Shown here: piece after piece, positions 30,792-40,104 of the stretch
Layout of the letters: each line of letters begins with the position of its first letter
How positions within the stretch are numbered: the stretch's first letter is position 1
NCBI GenBank assembly: GCA_963798085.1
Contig: CAWCRS010000008.1
Location: 96,001-160,000 of the forward strand
Reading direction: 5' to 3'
Length of the DNA: 64,000 nt
Source: an uncultured Gemmatimonadales bacterium
Lineage (GTDB): Bacteria > Gemmatimonadota > Gemmatimonadetes > Longimicrobiales > RSA9
Notes under the pieces: generated by a model
The model's database searches: none
What the model was told of the DNA's origin: nothing
The model's input: the letters and a program-made list of their open reading frames with translations, nothing else
Translations under genes and position numbers: made by a program

Positions 30792-31507
30792 AGGATCGCG
30801 CCGCACCCGCCAGCATCGCGCGGACGCGTTTTCCCCTGATGCTCGGGCTGGCCGCGTGCGCCGGTGCAGGCTGGCTGGGCGGCAGGATCTGGAGCGCGCA
30901 GCGAGGCGCCGTGCAGGAACACGCAGTCAGGGGCTGGACAGGGATCCCATTCGCGGGTTCCGGCATCGTGGTCCCGGCGACGGCCGGCACCGCGACGAGC
31001 GGCACGCAGCCCGTGTTGCGCATTTTCGGCGATTACGAGTGCTCCGGCTGTCGCAGCCTCGAGGCGACGATCGGCGATTCGCTGCGTGCGCTGGCCGCGC
31101 GCGGTCGCCTGCGCCTCATCTACTACCAGGCCCCGTTACGGGCGCATCGCAGAGCACCCATCGCCGGCGCGTTGACGTATTGCGCGGAGGCGCAGGGCCG
31201 TGGCATTGCCGTGCAGCACGCTCTGTACGCCAGCATTGGCGCATGGAGTCACGATGCGCCGTTGCCCGCCATGCTGCGGGCTGCAGCCGGCGCCGACGCC
31301 GATACGCGGCGCTTGCAGACGTGCATGGCGAGCGGGTCAGGCGAGGCTGCAGTACGGCGCGACCGGGCACTGGCCGAACGCATCGATACGCGAGCGGTGC
31401 CGCTCATACTCCTGGACAGCATGCGACTCGAGGTCTCGTCCTGGCGCGCACTGCTTCGACATGTGAGGAGGCGATTGCTGCCTGATGACGTCCACGAGGG
31501 TGTGTGA
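30788..31507 (+). CDS. Membrane-anchored DsbA-like thiol-disulfide oxidoreductase
   Basis: FGDYECSGC (CxxC), APL..H..A..CAEAQG, AVP cis-Pro loop; ATGA overlap with the propeller gene. Confidence 0.8.
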   Translation: MKDRAAPASIARTRFPLMLGLAACAGAGWLGGRIWSAQRGAVQEHAVRGWTGIPFAGSGIVVPATAGTATSGTQPVLRIFGDYECSGCRSLEATIGDSLRALAARGRLRLIYYQAPLRAHRRAPIAGALTYCAEAQGRGIAVQHALYASIGAWSHDAPLPAMLRAAAGADADTRRLQTCMASGSGEAAVRRDRALAERIDTRAVPLILLDSMRLEVSSWRALLRHVRRRLLPDDVHEGV

Positions 31508-31690
31508 TCCTCGGACAGCAGGCTCTCCCGCGACTCACCGCGTCCGGCTTAATGTCAAGAATGGCCGCACGTCACAACCACGCTGATGTGCGAGAAGATC
31601 CGGAGGCCGCCGGCATCGGGTGGCTGAGTTGCAACGCGGTCCGGAGCCGACATCACTCCGGACCGCCTCTCGCGCGACTGCGTGTATGCT

Positions 31691-31993
31691 TCAGGAAGTG
31701 GACGCGGGACCCGAGGCCGGCTCTTCGTCGCGTACGATGCGATCGATCTCGGATTGCTTCTGCTTCATCTGCTCTTCGATGGCGTGCACCTGATCGCATG
31801 CGGCGGCCAGCTCTGCCGGCGCCTTGCCCGCGGCGTGAAGCGCGATCACGCGCTCGCCGATATCGTGCAGCAGGTCGGTCCGGCGTCGATTGAGCCCACT
31901 GATCTCCATGCGCAGGCGGGTGGTCTGCGCCAGGTCGCTCGCCTCGTCCTTGGCCTTCTCCAGCCCCGATTTGATCTTGTCCATGAGGCCCAT
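31691..31993 (-). CDS. Hypothetical coiled-coil protein
   Basis: GAGGAGG RBS; amphipathic helical sequence MGLMDKIKSGLEKAK..LRMEI..IGE. Confidence 0.7.
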   Translation of the reverse strand: MGLMDKIKSGLEKAKDEASDLAQTTRLRMEISGLNRRRTDLLHDIGERVIALHAAGKAPAELAAACDQVHAIEEQMKQKQSEIDRIVRDEEPASGPASTS

Positions 31994-32338
31994 GGGTGGT
32001 CCTCCTCGCTCGCGAAGGTGCGCTACGCGGCCTCGACTCGTCAGCGCAAGCTGAGCGGGCCGCCGGCCTGCGGCAAGTCGGGCAGTGCCGGATTACCGCG
32101 GCTCCTTCAGACTTCGGCTAGCGGGGCCCCCCGGTTTCAGCGGTGCGACCGACGGCGCGATCGACAGGCGCTGGCAACCGGACGAATCTCAGCGGGATCG
32201 AAGCGGGTGCAGCGAAAATCGCGCGGACCGCCCGAGCCCGCGAACAAAGGCATCCGTGACTGTGTAGATGCAGCCCGGAGCCGGACGGTCCCATGGGGCG
32301 GGACGGTCCCGCAACCGCAAGGCAACACGGAGGCAAAG

Positions 32339-33880
32339 GTGAGTTCATTGACACGCAAGGCATTGACGGCCGGGGGCTTCGTGGTGTCCGTGCTCGTGGC
32401 GGCCACCGGCATTGAGTCGATCCGGCAGGCCCACGCGGAACCCGCGACGGCCGTTCCGCAGCAGGTGGCCCAGGCAACGAGCAGCACGAAGAGCCCGCCG
32501 GCGACATTCAATGTCGCCGATGCGCTGAGCAAGGCTTTCAGGGATGCGGCGCACACGGCGCTGCCGGCAGTGGTCTCCATCGAGATCAGCGGCCAGCAGC
32601 TGGTCTCGGACCAGAATGGCTCGCCGTTCCGCGGCTTTCCTTTCTTCGATAACACGCCTCGCCGCGGCCAGCAGCCGGAAACGCAGCAGGTGCACGGCTA
32701 CGGCTCGGGTTTCGTGTTCCGGCCCAATGGCTACATCATGACGAACAATCACGTGGTGGAGGATGCCAGCCGCGTGACGGTGCGCTTTTCGGATGGCCGC
32801 GAGATGGCGGCGCGGGTCGTCGGGCGCGATCCCGACACGGATATCGCGGTGGTGAAGGTCGATGCGTCCGGTCTGCCAGTCCTCGATTACGGCAACTCGG
32901 ATGCGACGGATGTCGGCGACTGGGTCGTGGCGCTCGGCTTCCCGCTGACCCTGCGCAATTCCGCTACGGTCACGGCCGGCATCATCAGCGCCAAGGGTCG
33001 CAGCCTCGGCATTCTGCGACAGAACAACGACCAGGCGCTCGAGCACGACATCCAGACCGACGCGGCGATCAACAAGGGCAATTCCGGCGGACCGCTGGTC
33101 GATCTGAACGGTCACGTGATCGGAGTGAACGCCGTGATCGAGAGCCCGACGGGCTACTTCAGCGGCTACGGCTTCGCCATTCCGGTCAACATCGCGCGCC
33201 GCGTCGCCAATGACCTGATCAAGTACGGCGAGCCGCATCGCGCCCGCCTCGGCGTTCAGGTCAAGGACCTGAACGATGCGGACAAGGAGGCGACCCACGC
33301 GCCCAGCCTGGACGGCGCGCTCGTGAGCGAAGTGCAGCCGGGTACGGCGGCGGACAAGGCCGGCGTGCAGCTGGGTGACGTGATCGTGTCCATTGATGGC
33401 ACGCCGATCCACGACGGTGGCGAGCTGACCGAGATGCTGCAGCAGAAGTTCGAGCCCGGCCAGAAGGCGAAGCTGGATCTGTATCGCAGCGGCCGGCGCA
33501 TGACGGTCAATGTCACCCTGGGCGCCTTCGCGTCGACCATCAGGAAGGAGCGCACGGCAAGCGGACCGACACGCGAGCACGGTGTCTCCCGACTCGGCTT
33601 CTCCGCGTCCGACATCACACCGCAGCTCGCGCGCAGCATGGAACTGGGCGACGCGCCACGCAAAGGCGTGGTGATCACGGACGTCGATCCCAACAGCAGC
33701 GCGAGCCAGTATCTGGCCGAGGGCTGGATCATCGATCAGTTCAACGGCAAGGCGATCACCTCGGTGGACGACCTGGATCACGCCACCGCCTCCGTGAAGC
33801 AGGGCGATGTCGTGTCTCTGATCGTGCGCCTGCCGCCCGACTGGCAGCGCACCGTCGTGAACTATCGCGTTCGGCAGTAA
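32339..33880 (+). CDS. degP: DegP/HtrA (Do family) serine protease with two PDZ domains
   Basis: GSGF, TNNHVV, DIAVVK, IQTDAAINKGNSGGPL; GGAGG RBS before GTG 32339. Confidence 0.92.
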   Translation: MSSLTRKALTAGGFVVSVLVAATGIESIRQAHAEPATAVPQQVAQATSSTKSPPATFNVADALSKAFRDAAHTALPAVVSIEISGQQLVSDQNGSPFRGFPFFDNTPRRGQQPETQQVHGYGSGFVFRPNGYIMTNNHVVEDASRVTVRFSDGREMAARVVGRDPDTDIAVVKVDASGLPVLDYGNSDATDVGDWVVALGFPLTLRNSATVTAGIISAKGRSLGILRQNNDQALEHDIQTDAAINKGNSGGPLVDLNGHVIGVNAVIESPTGYFSGYGFAIPVNIARRVANDLIKYGEPHRARLGVQVKDLNDADKEATHAPSLDGALVSEVQPGTAADKAGVQLGDVIVSIDGTPIHDGGELTEMLQQKFEPGQKAKLDLYRSGRRMTVNVTLGAFASTIRKERTASGPTREHGVSRLGFSASDITPQLARSMELGDAPRKGVVITDVDPNSSASQYLAEGWIIDQFNGKAITSVDDLDHATASVKQGDVVSLIVRLPPDWQRTVVNYRVRQ

Positions 33881-33928
33881 CCGCGCGGCGAGCGCGGAAC
33901 CGTTCGCGCGTCTCGCGCCGTTTGAATG

Positions 33929-33961
33929 GAGGCCCCGCCGCTGGCGGGGCCTCGTTGTTTT
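33929..33961 (+). terminator. Rho-independent terminator
   Basis: GAGGCCCCGCC-GCT-GGCGGGGCCTC stem followed by GTTGTTTT. Confidence 0.8.
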
Positions 33962-34088
33962 GCCGGCTACAACGCGAGTTGCAGGGCGGGCGCGCGCGGG
34001 AATTTCCCGACAGCGGGCCTCGCGATCGACTGCTGGAGCCCGGCGCAGGCACGTGCTAGGTTGAGGCGGACACGACAGGAGCCTGACG

Positions 34089-34547
34089 ATGGAAACAGTA
34101 AGGAACAGCAAGGTTGTGGTGCGTTGCCCGTTCTGCGGCAAGCTGAATCGAGTGGAGGCCGCGCGCGCGAAGGATCGCCCCACCTGCGGGGAGTGCACGA
34201 AGCCGCTGCTGCTGGACCGACCCATGATCCTGACGGACGCGGATCTCGACAAGGTCGTGCAGGAGTCCGAAATCCCCGTCGTCATCGATTTCTACGCGGA
34301 CTGGTGCGGGCCGTGCAAGGTCATGGCGCCGCTCTTCGATGAAGCGGCGCGCGAGCGGATGGGGCAGGTGCTCTTCACCAAACTCGACACCGACCGCAAT
34401 CCCGCCGCCTCCGTTCGCTTCGGCGTCCGCGGCATTCCCACGTTCATCATCTTCCGCGGCGGCAAGGAAGTCGCTCGTCAGGTGGGAGCGGTGCCCCGCC
34501 AGCAGTTCAGTCGCGTGCTGGACGAGGCGATCACACCGGGAGGCTGA
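34089..34547 (+). CDS. trxC: Thioredoxin 2 (N-terminal zinc finger)
   Basis: CPFCGKLNR..CGEC zinc finger; WCGPC active site. Confidence 0.9.
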   Translation: METVRNSKVVVRCPFCGKLNRVEAARAKDRPTCGECTKPLLLDRPMILTDADLDKVVQESEIPVVIDFYADWCGPCKVMAPLFDEAARERMGQVLFTKLDTDRNPAASVRFGVRGIPTFIIFRGGKEVARQVGAVPRQQFSRVLDEAITPGG

Positions 34548-34574
34548 GTCCCGGAGCACGAGTCGGGGGTGTGC

Positions 34575-35093
34575 ATGGCGACGTCGGTGCAGACGCTACT
34601 GGACGAAGCGCTCGAGCTGTGGCAGTTCACGCGTGAGGGCGTGATCGCGGAAGCCGAGACGATTCCCGCGGACCAATACGACTGGCGGCCCGCACCGCGC
34701 TCGCGCAGCGTCAGCGAGCTGGTGCAGCACATTGCTTCGGCGGCGCTCATGGGCGTCGGCGAACTGACGCGGGCCGACGGCGATTTCCGGCGCGTGCCCT
34801 ATCCCGACCTGCTCGAGGAGTACGCGGGCTACGTCGATCGCATCACCGGCAGGGAGCCACTGCTCACGCTGCTGCGCGCATCGCACCAGCAGGGCGAAGA
34901 CCGGTTCCGCGGCGTGGGCGAGCTGTTCCTGCTGCAGGCCATTCACCGCTTCGACGGCAGAATGGGCACACGCCTGGCCTGGCTCTATCACCTGATCGAA
35001 CACGAGTCCTATCACCGCGGCCAGCTCGCGCTCTACGTGCGCCAGCTGGGCCTGGTGCCGGCACTGACGCGCGCCATTCTGGGCGAAACATAA
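34575..35093 (+). CDS. DinB-family protein
   Basis: WRP..RSVSELVQHI and HESYHRGQLALYVRQLGLVP. Confidence 0.85.
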   Translation: MATSVQTLLDEALELWQFTREGVIAEAETIPADQYDWRPAPRSRSVSELVQHIASAALMGVGELTRADGDFRRVPYPDLLEEYAGYVDRITGREPLLTLLRASHQQGEDRFRGVGELFLLQAIHRFDGRMGTRLAWLYHLIEHESYHRGQLALYVRQLGLVPALTRAILGET

Positions 35094-35101
35094 CAAACGG
35101 T

Positions 35102-36672
35102 TTGGATTTGGCCGGGCGGGTGGCGCTGCGCGCTGCGCAGGGCGCAGCCACGTACCGCGAGCTGCGGCAGGCAGCGGCCCGCGTGCGTGCGGGCCTGCTC
35201 GCCGGGCGCAGTGATCTGCAGGAAGCGCGCGTCGCGTTTCTCGAGCCGCCCGGTCGTGAATGGCCGGCACTGCTGCACGGCATCTGGCAGGCGGGCGGTC
35301 TGGCCGTACCGCTCGCCGTCTCGCATCCGCCGCCCGAGCTTGACTACGTGTTAGGCGACGCCTCGCCCTCCGTGGTCGTCGCCCACCGCAGCCTTGCCGG
35401 GCGCGTCCAGCCGCTGGCGCACGCGCGCCGGATCCCGCTGCTGCTGAGCGACGAGCTGATGGCCGCGCCCGCGACTGGCGCCGCCTGGCCCGGCGCAGCC
35501 GACAATGCTTCGCCCGGCCCGCCTGACGCGGCGCCGCCGGATCCCCGGTGCGCGCCTGCGCGCCGCGCCCTCATGCTGTACACGTCCGGTACCACAGGCC
35601 GGCCCAAGGGCGTGGTGACCACGCACGGCAACATCCGCGCACAGGTGGAGACGCTGCTCGAAGCGTGGGGCTGGAGCGAACGCGATCACATCCTGCACGT
35701 ACTGCCGCTGCACCACGTGCACGGCATCATCAACGTGCTGTCCTGCGCGCTGGCGGCCGGTGCCTGTTGCGAATTCCTGCGCTTCGAGCCGGACGCGGTG
35801 TGGTCAGGCTGGCCTCGGGCGAGATCACGCTGTTCATGGCCGTGCCCACCATCTATCACCGTCTTATCGCCGCGTGGGACAGTGCGTCAGCCGAGCGGCA
35901 GCGGCAGTGGTCGGAAGGCGCGCGTCGCCTGCGACTCATGGTGTCCGGCTCGGCGGCGCTGCCGGTGCGCATCCTCGAGCGCTGGCGCGTGATCACCGGG
36001 CACACGCTGCTCGAACGCTACGGCATGACCGAGATCGGCATGGCGCTGTCCAACCCGCTGTCAGGCGAGCGGCGCGCGGGCACCGTCGGACAACCCCTGC
36101 CCGGCGTGGATCTCGCCTGGTGGACGAGCAGGGACGCGTGGCGCCGCCCGGTACCCCGGGTCAGATCGAGGTGCGGGGTCGCGCAGGTCTTCCTGGAGTA
36201 CTGGCAGCGGCCCGAAGCGACCCGCGCCGCGTTCCGTGACGGCTGGTTCCGCACCGGCGATGAGGCGGTACTGCAGGACGGCTACTACCGCATTCTCGGC
36301 CGCTCCAGCATGGACATCATCAAGTGCGCAGGGCATAAGCTGTCGGCGCTGGAAATCGAGGATGCACTGCGCGAGCATCCGGCCGTGCGCGACTGCGCCG
36401 TGGTCGGTCTGCCCGATGACGATCTGGGAGAGCGCGTGGCAGTCGCCGTCGTCACTAACAATGATGTTAATGCACGCACGGACGCAGCGACCGACGTCCC
36501 CGTCCTGGAAACGGAGGCGTTCCTGGCGTGGGCGCGGGCGCGGCTGGCACCGTACAAGGTGCCGCGCGCCGTGCGCGTCGTCGACGATCTGCCGCGCAAC
36601 GCCATGGGCAAGGTCACCAAGGAAGCCGTGAAGCGGCTGTTCCGGGAAGCGCCCGACGGCAGCGCTTCCTGA
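35102..36672 (+). CDS. Acyl-CoA synthetase (malonyl-CoA synthetase MatB/ACSF3-like), frameshifts near 35805 and 36115-36180
   Basis: YTSGTTGRPKG, LPLHHVHG, LLERYGMTEIGM, WFRTGD, LPRNAMGK. Confidence 0.85.
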
Positions 36673-36687
36673 GCCGGGCCGACCCAC

Positions 36688-39111
36688 TCACTCCATGCGC
36701 AGTGCGACCATCGGATCCACGCGACTGGCGCGCCAGGCGGGCAGCGCCGCGGCGCCCGCGGCGATGAGCAGCAGGAACAGGGACACGCCCAGCAGCGTCC
36801 AGGGGTCGGCCGGATGCACGCCGAACAGCAATGTTCGCAGGTAGCGCGTGAGCACGAGGGCCAGCGCCAGGCCTGCCACGAGGCCGCCCGCGGCAAGCCG
36901 CAGTGCGTGTCCGAGCACCAGGCCCATGGCGTCTCCGGGGCGCGCGCCCAGGGCGGTGCGCAAACCGATCTCACGCGTGCGCAGTGTCGTCGCGTAGCTG
37001 ATGACGCCGTAGATGCCGACCGCGGCCAGCAGCAGCGCGACCAGCGAGAAGACGAGCAGGCTGAGCGACGAGAAGCGCGGCTCCGCCAGTGATTCCGCCA
37101 CCACGCGGTCCAGCAGCTTCACCTCATCGACGGGAATCGCGGGATCGAAGGCGTGCACGCGCGTGCGCACCGCATCCACCAGCGCCAGCGGGTCCGTGCG
37201 CGTGCGCAGCACCAGCGAGAGTGCCCGGGTCTGCGGACTCTGGTAGTAGGGCAGGTACATCACGGGTTCGGCGGCGCTGGAGAGCGCCTCCAGATGGACA
37301 TTGCCCACCACGCCCACCACCCGCCGCGGCACACCGAACACGATGCGGTGCGCAAGCGCATCGCGGCCGCTGAACGACAGCCGGGCCGCCGCCTCGTTGA
37401 TCACGATCACGGGCTCGCTGCCGGATACGTCGCCATCCTCGAAGCCCCGCCCTGTCACCACCGGTATGCCCATCGCCTCGAAATAACCCGGTGTTATGAA
37501 GCTGAAGTTGACGTGATTCGTGCCTTCGGCCGCCGGCGGATCGCCTTCGACCTCCAGCTCGGTACCCTGATAGTCCGTGGCCAGCGGCACGTCGAGCGAG
37601 AAGCCGGCCGCCTCCACGCCCGGCAGCTGGCGCACCTGCTCCTCGAGCTGACGGAAGGCCGCGAAGTGCTGCGCCGGCTGCGCGTACGTGCCACGCGGCA
37701 GCGTCACACGCATCGTGAGTCCATGCTGCGCGCGGAAGCCGGGATCAATGCCGCGTTGCGCGAGGAAACTGCGGAACAGCAGGCCAGCGCCCACGAGCAG
37801 CACGAGAGAGAGCGCGACTTCGGCAATGACCAGCCCGTCGCGCAGCCGGCTCTGCGCATCGCCACTGCCCGAGCGACCGCCCTGACGCAGCCACTGGCTC
37901 AGGTCCGGATGGAACGCGCGCAGCGCGGGCGCCAGGCCGAAGAGCAGACCCGTGACGACGGACAGCGCGATGGCATAGCCGATGACGGCGGGATCGATGC
38001 CCGTCTGATCGAGGCGGGGGATGTTGCCCGGCGCCAGACGGACCAGCGCCTTCGTCCCCAGCCACGCCAGCACCAACCCCATCACGCTGCCCAGCAGCGC
38101 CAGCAGCTGACTCTCCAGCAGCGCCTGCCGGATGAGCCGTGGTCGCCCCGCGCCCAGCGCTGCACGCACCGCGTACTCCTTCTGCCGTCCCGTCGCCCTC
38201 GCCAGCAGCAGATTCGCGACGTTGACGCACGCAATCAGCAGCACGAGACCCACCGCGGTGAGCAGCACGAGCAGCGCCGGTCGCACATTACCCAGTGCCA
38301 CGTCGCTCATGGAGACGACACGCGCGCTCCAGCCGGCGTTGCTCTCCGGATACTGCGCTGCGAGGTCGCGTGCGATGCCGCCCAGCTCGCTCGTCGCGCT
38401 CACCAGCGTGGCGTCCGCGCGCAGCCGCCCGACCACCGTCATGAAGTGCGACGAGCGCCCGAAGTCATCCATGTTGGCGGCGAAGGGATACCACAGCTGT
38501 GTGCTGCGCGGCAGCGTGTGTCCTTCGAGATCGATGGGCGGCGGGAAGTCGAAGTCCCGGCCCATGACGCCCACCACCTCGGTCGCCTGTCCATCGATCT
38601 GCACCGAGCGACCGACAATGTCGCGCGCACTGCCGAAGCGATTCTGCCAGAGTCGCCACGAGATCACGGCAACACGCGGCGCCCCCGGCCGATCGTCATC
38701 AGCCGTGAATGCGCGGCCCATCACAGGCGACACGCCCAGTGTCGTGAACAGGTTGCCGGTCACACGCGTGGCCGCCAGGCGCACCGCCTCCGGATCGCCC
38801 GCGAGCAGCACTTCCGCCGACGTGAAACCGGCGAGCTGCTCGAAGCTGCGACTGCGGTCGCGCCAGTCCACGTAGTTGGGCGGTGAGAGGAACATGGGTA
38901 TGTCCAGCGGGCGAGGCATGATCTCCCAGGTCACGGCGAGGCGCCCGGGATCGCGGAAAGGGAAGGGCCGCAGTAACACCGCGTTCACGACACTGAAGAT
39001 CGCACTGTTTGCACCTGTGCCCAGCGCCAGCGTCAGAACCACCACGACGGTGAATGCGGGAGACTTGCGCAGGGCTCGCCATGCGTAGCGGGTTTCACGC
39101 AGCAGGCTCAT
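36688..39111 (-). CDS. ADOP-type duplicated ABC permease
   Basis: GGAGG RBS; RETRYAWRAL..TLALGTGANSAIFS; LLIACVNVANLLL; EIGLRTALGA; RVDPMVALR. Confidence 0.92.
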   Translation of the reverse strand: MSLLRETRYAWRALRKSPAFTVVVVLTLALGTGANSAIFSVVNAVLLRPFPFRDPGRLAVTWEIMPRPLDIPMFLSPPNYVDWRDRSRSFEQLAGFTSAEVLLAGDPEAVRLAATRVTGNLFTTLGVSPVMGRAFTADDDRPGAPRVAVISWRLWQNRFGSARDIVGRSVQIDGQATEVVGVMGRDFDFPPPIDLEGHTLPRSTQLWYPFAANMDDFGRSSHFMTVVGRLRADATLVSATSELGGIARDLAAQYPESNAGWSARVVSMSDVALGNVRPALLVLLTAVGLVLLIACVNVANLLLARATGRQKEYAVRAALGAGRPRLIRQALLESQLLALLGSVMGLVLAWLGTKALVRLAPGNIPRLDQTGIDPAVIGYAIALSVVTGLLFGLAPALRAFHPDLSQWLRQGGRSGSGDAQSRLRDGLVIAEVALSLVLLVGAGLLFRSFLAQRGIDPGFRAQHGLTMRVTLPRGTYAQPAQHFAAFRQLEEQVRQLPGVEAAGFSLDVPLATDYQGTELEVEGDPPAAEGTNHVNFSFITPGYFEAMGIPVVTGRGFEDGDVSGSEPVIVINEAAARLSFSGRDALAHRIVFGVPRRVVGVVGNVHLEALSSAAEPVMYLPYYQSPQTRALSLVLRTRTDPLALVDAVRTRVHAFDPAIPVDEVKLLDRVVAESLAEPRFSSLSLLVFSLVALLLAAVGIYGVISYATTLRTREIGLRTALGARPGDAMGLVLGHALRLAAGGLVAGLALALVLTRYLRTLLFGVHPADPWTLLGVSLFLLLIAAGAAALPAWRASRVDPMVALRME

Positions 39112-39327
39112 ACGACCTCCACGTCCATGGGATTGTGCAGGCAATGACAGGATGCGACGGTGCTGGATCGGGTCGCCATGAGAAACGCGGGCGACTCGCC
39201 CCATTTCGACGGTGGATCCGACCGGATGGTTGGGCGGCGTCCGCCACCGCCGAGCACTTCCTCGCCTTGCCTCGCCCCACGCGTGTCGCCATGATCGTCG
39301 CTCCTCACGAACGGAGTCTCGCCTTTC

Positions 39328-40104
39328 ATGCTGGCACCCGCACGCGTGCGCGTCGCCCTGTTCGCCACGTGCCTCGTCGATCAGTTCTTCGCGCCTGCGG
39401 CTCTGGCCGCGGCGAAGCTGCTGCACCGGCTGGGTTGCGTCGTCAGCGTGCCGCGCGCGCAGACGTGCTGCGGCCAGCCCGCGCTCAACGCGGGGTATCG
39501 CATCGAGGCGAGGCGCATGGCGAAGCACACGCTCGAGGTATTCGCCGGCACCGACTACGTCGTGCTGCCGTCCGGCAGCTGTGCCGCCATGCTGCGCCGT
39601 CATTACGTCGAGCTGTTCGCCGCCACGGGTCACGGCAACGACACGGCTGCAGGCGACGACGCGGCCTCGGCCGCCGCACTCGCCGGACGCACCTTCGAGC
39701 TGAGTGAATTCCTGGTGCGCGTGCTGCGTGTAACCAGCGTGGGCGAAGGGCTGCGCGGCCGGCGGGTCGCGTGGCATCCCGGCTGTCATGGACTGCGCGA
39801 CCTCGGTCTGTCGACGGAACCGCTCACGCTGCTGCGCAACGCAGGCGCCGAACTCGTGCCCTGGGAAGCCACCGAAGAGTGCTGCGGCTTCGGCGGGCTT
39901 TTTTCCGTGAAGCAGCCGGAGGTGTCGGCGGCCATGGCGGACCGCAAGCTGGAGACGCTCGCCTCTAACCGGCCATTACCAGACGTCCTTACATCCGCGG
40001 ACGCCGGCTGCCTGCTGCAGCTGGGCGGTCGCCTGAAGCGGCAGGGCTCGAGCCTGGCAGTGCGCCATGTGGCGGAGCTGCTGCTGGAGGCGGCCCATGG
40101 CTGA
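39328..40104 (+). CDS. lutA: Lactate utilization Fe-S protein A (CCG domains)
   Basis: FATCLVD, QTCCGQP, PSGSC, HPGCH, CCGFGG, DAGCL. Confidence 0.9.
   Translation: MLAPARVRVALFATCLVDQFFAPAALAAAKLLHRLGCVVSVPRAQTCCGQPALNAGYRIEARRMAKHTLEVFAGTDYVVLPSGSCAAMLRRHYVELFAATGHGNDTAAGDDAASAAALAGRTFELSEFLVRVLRVTSVGEGLRGRRVAWHPGCHGLRDLGLSTEPLTLLRNAGAELVPWEATEECCGFGGLFSVKQPEVSAAMADRKLETLASNRPLPDVLTSADAGCLLQLGGRLKRQGSSLAVRHVAELLLEAAHG

Noticed and set aside
32283..32310. GGACGGTCCC direct repeat upstream of degP, sharing GACGGTCC with the transposase IR end
   Set aside because: An 8-10-bp GC-rich match is expected by chance in this composition.
31682..32338. Long N-terminal extension of DegP (732-aa ORF)
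   Set aside because: It overlaps a plausible minus-strand gene (31691-31993); a good RBS and GTG at 32339 give a normal-length DegP.
39112..39789. N-terminal extension of the 1033-aa permease ORF
   Set aside because: Antisense to lutA; the real start is ATG 39111 with a GGAGG RBS.
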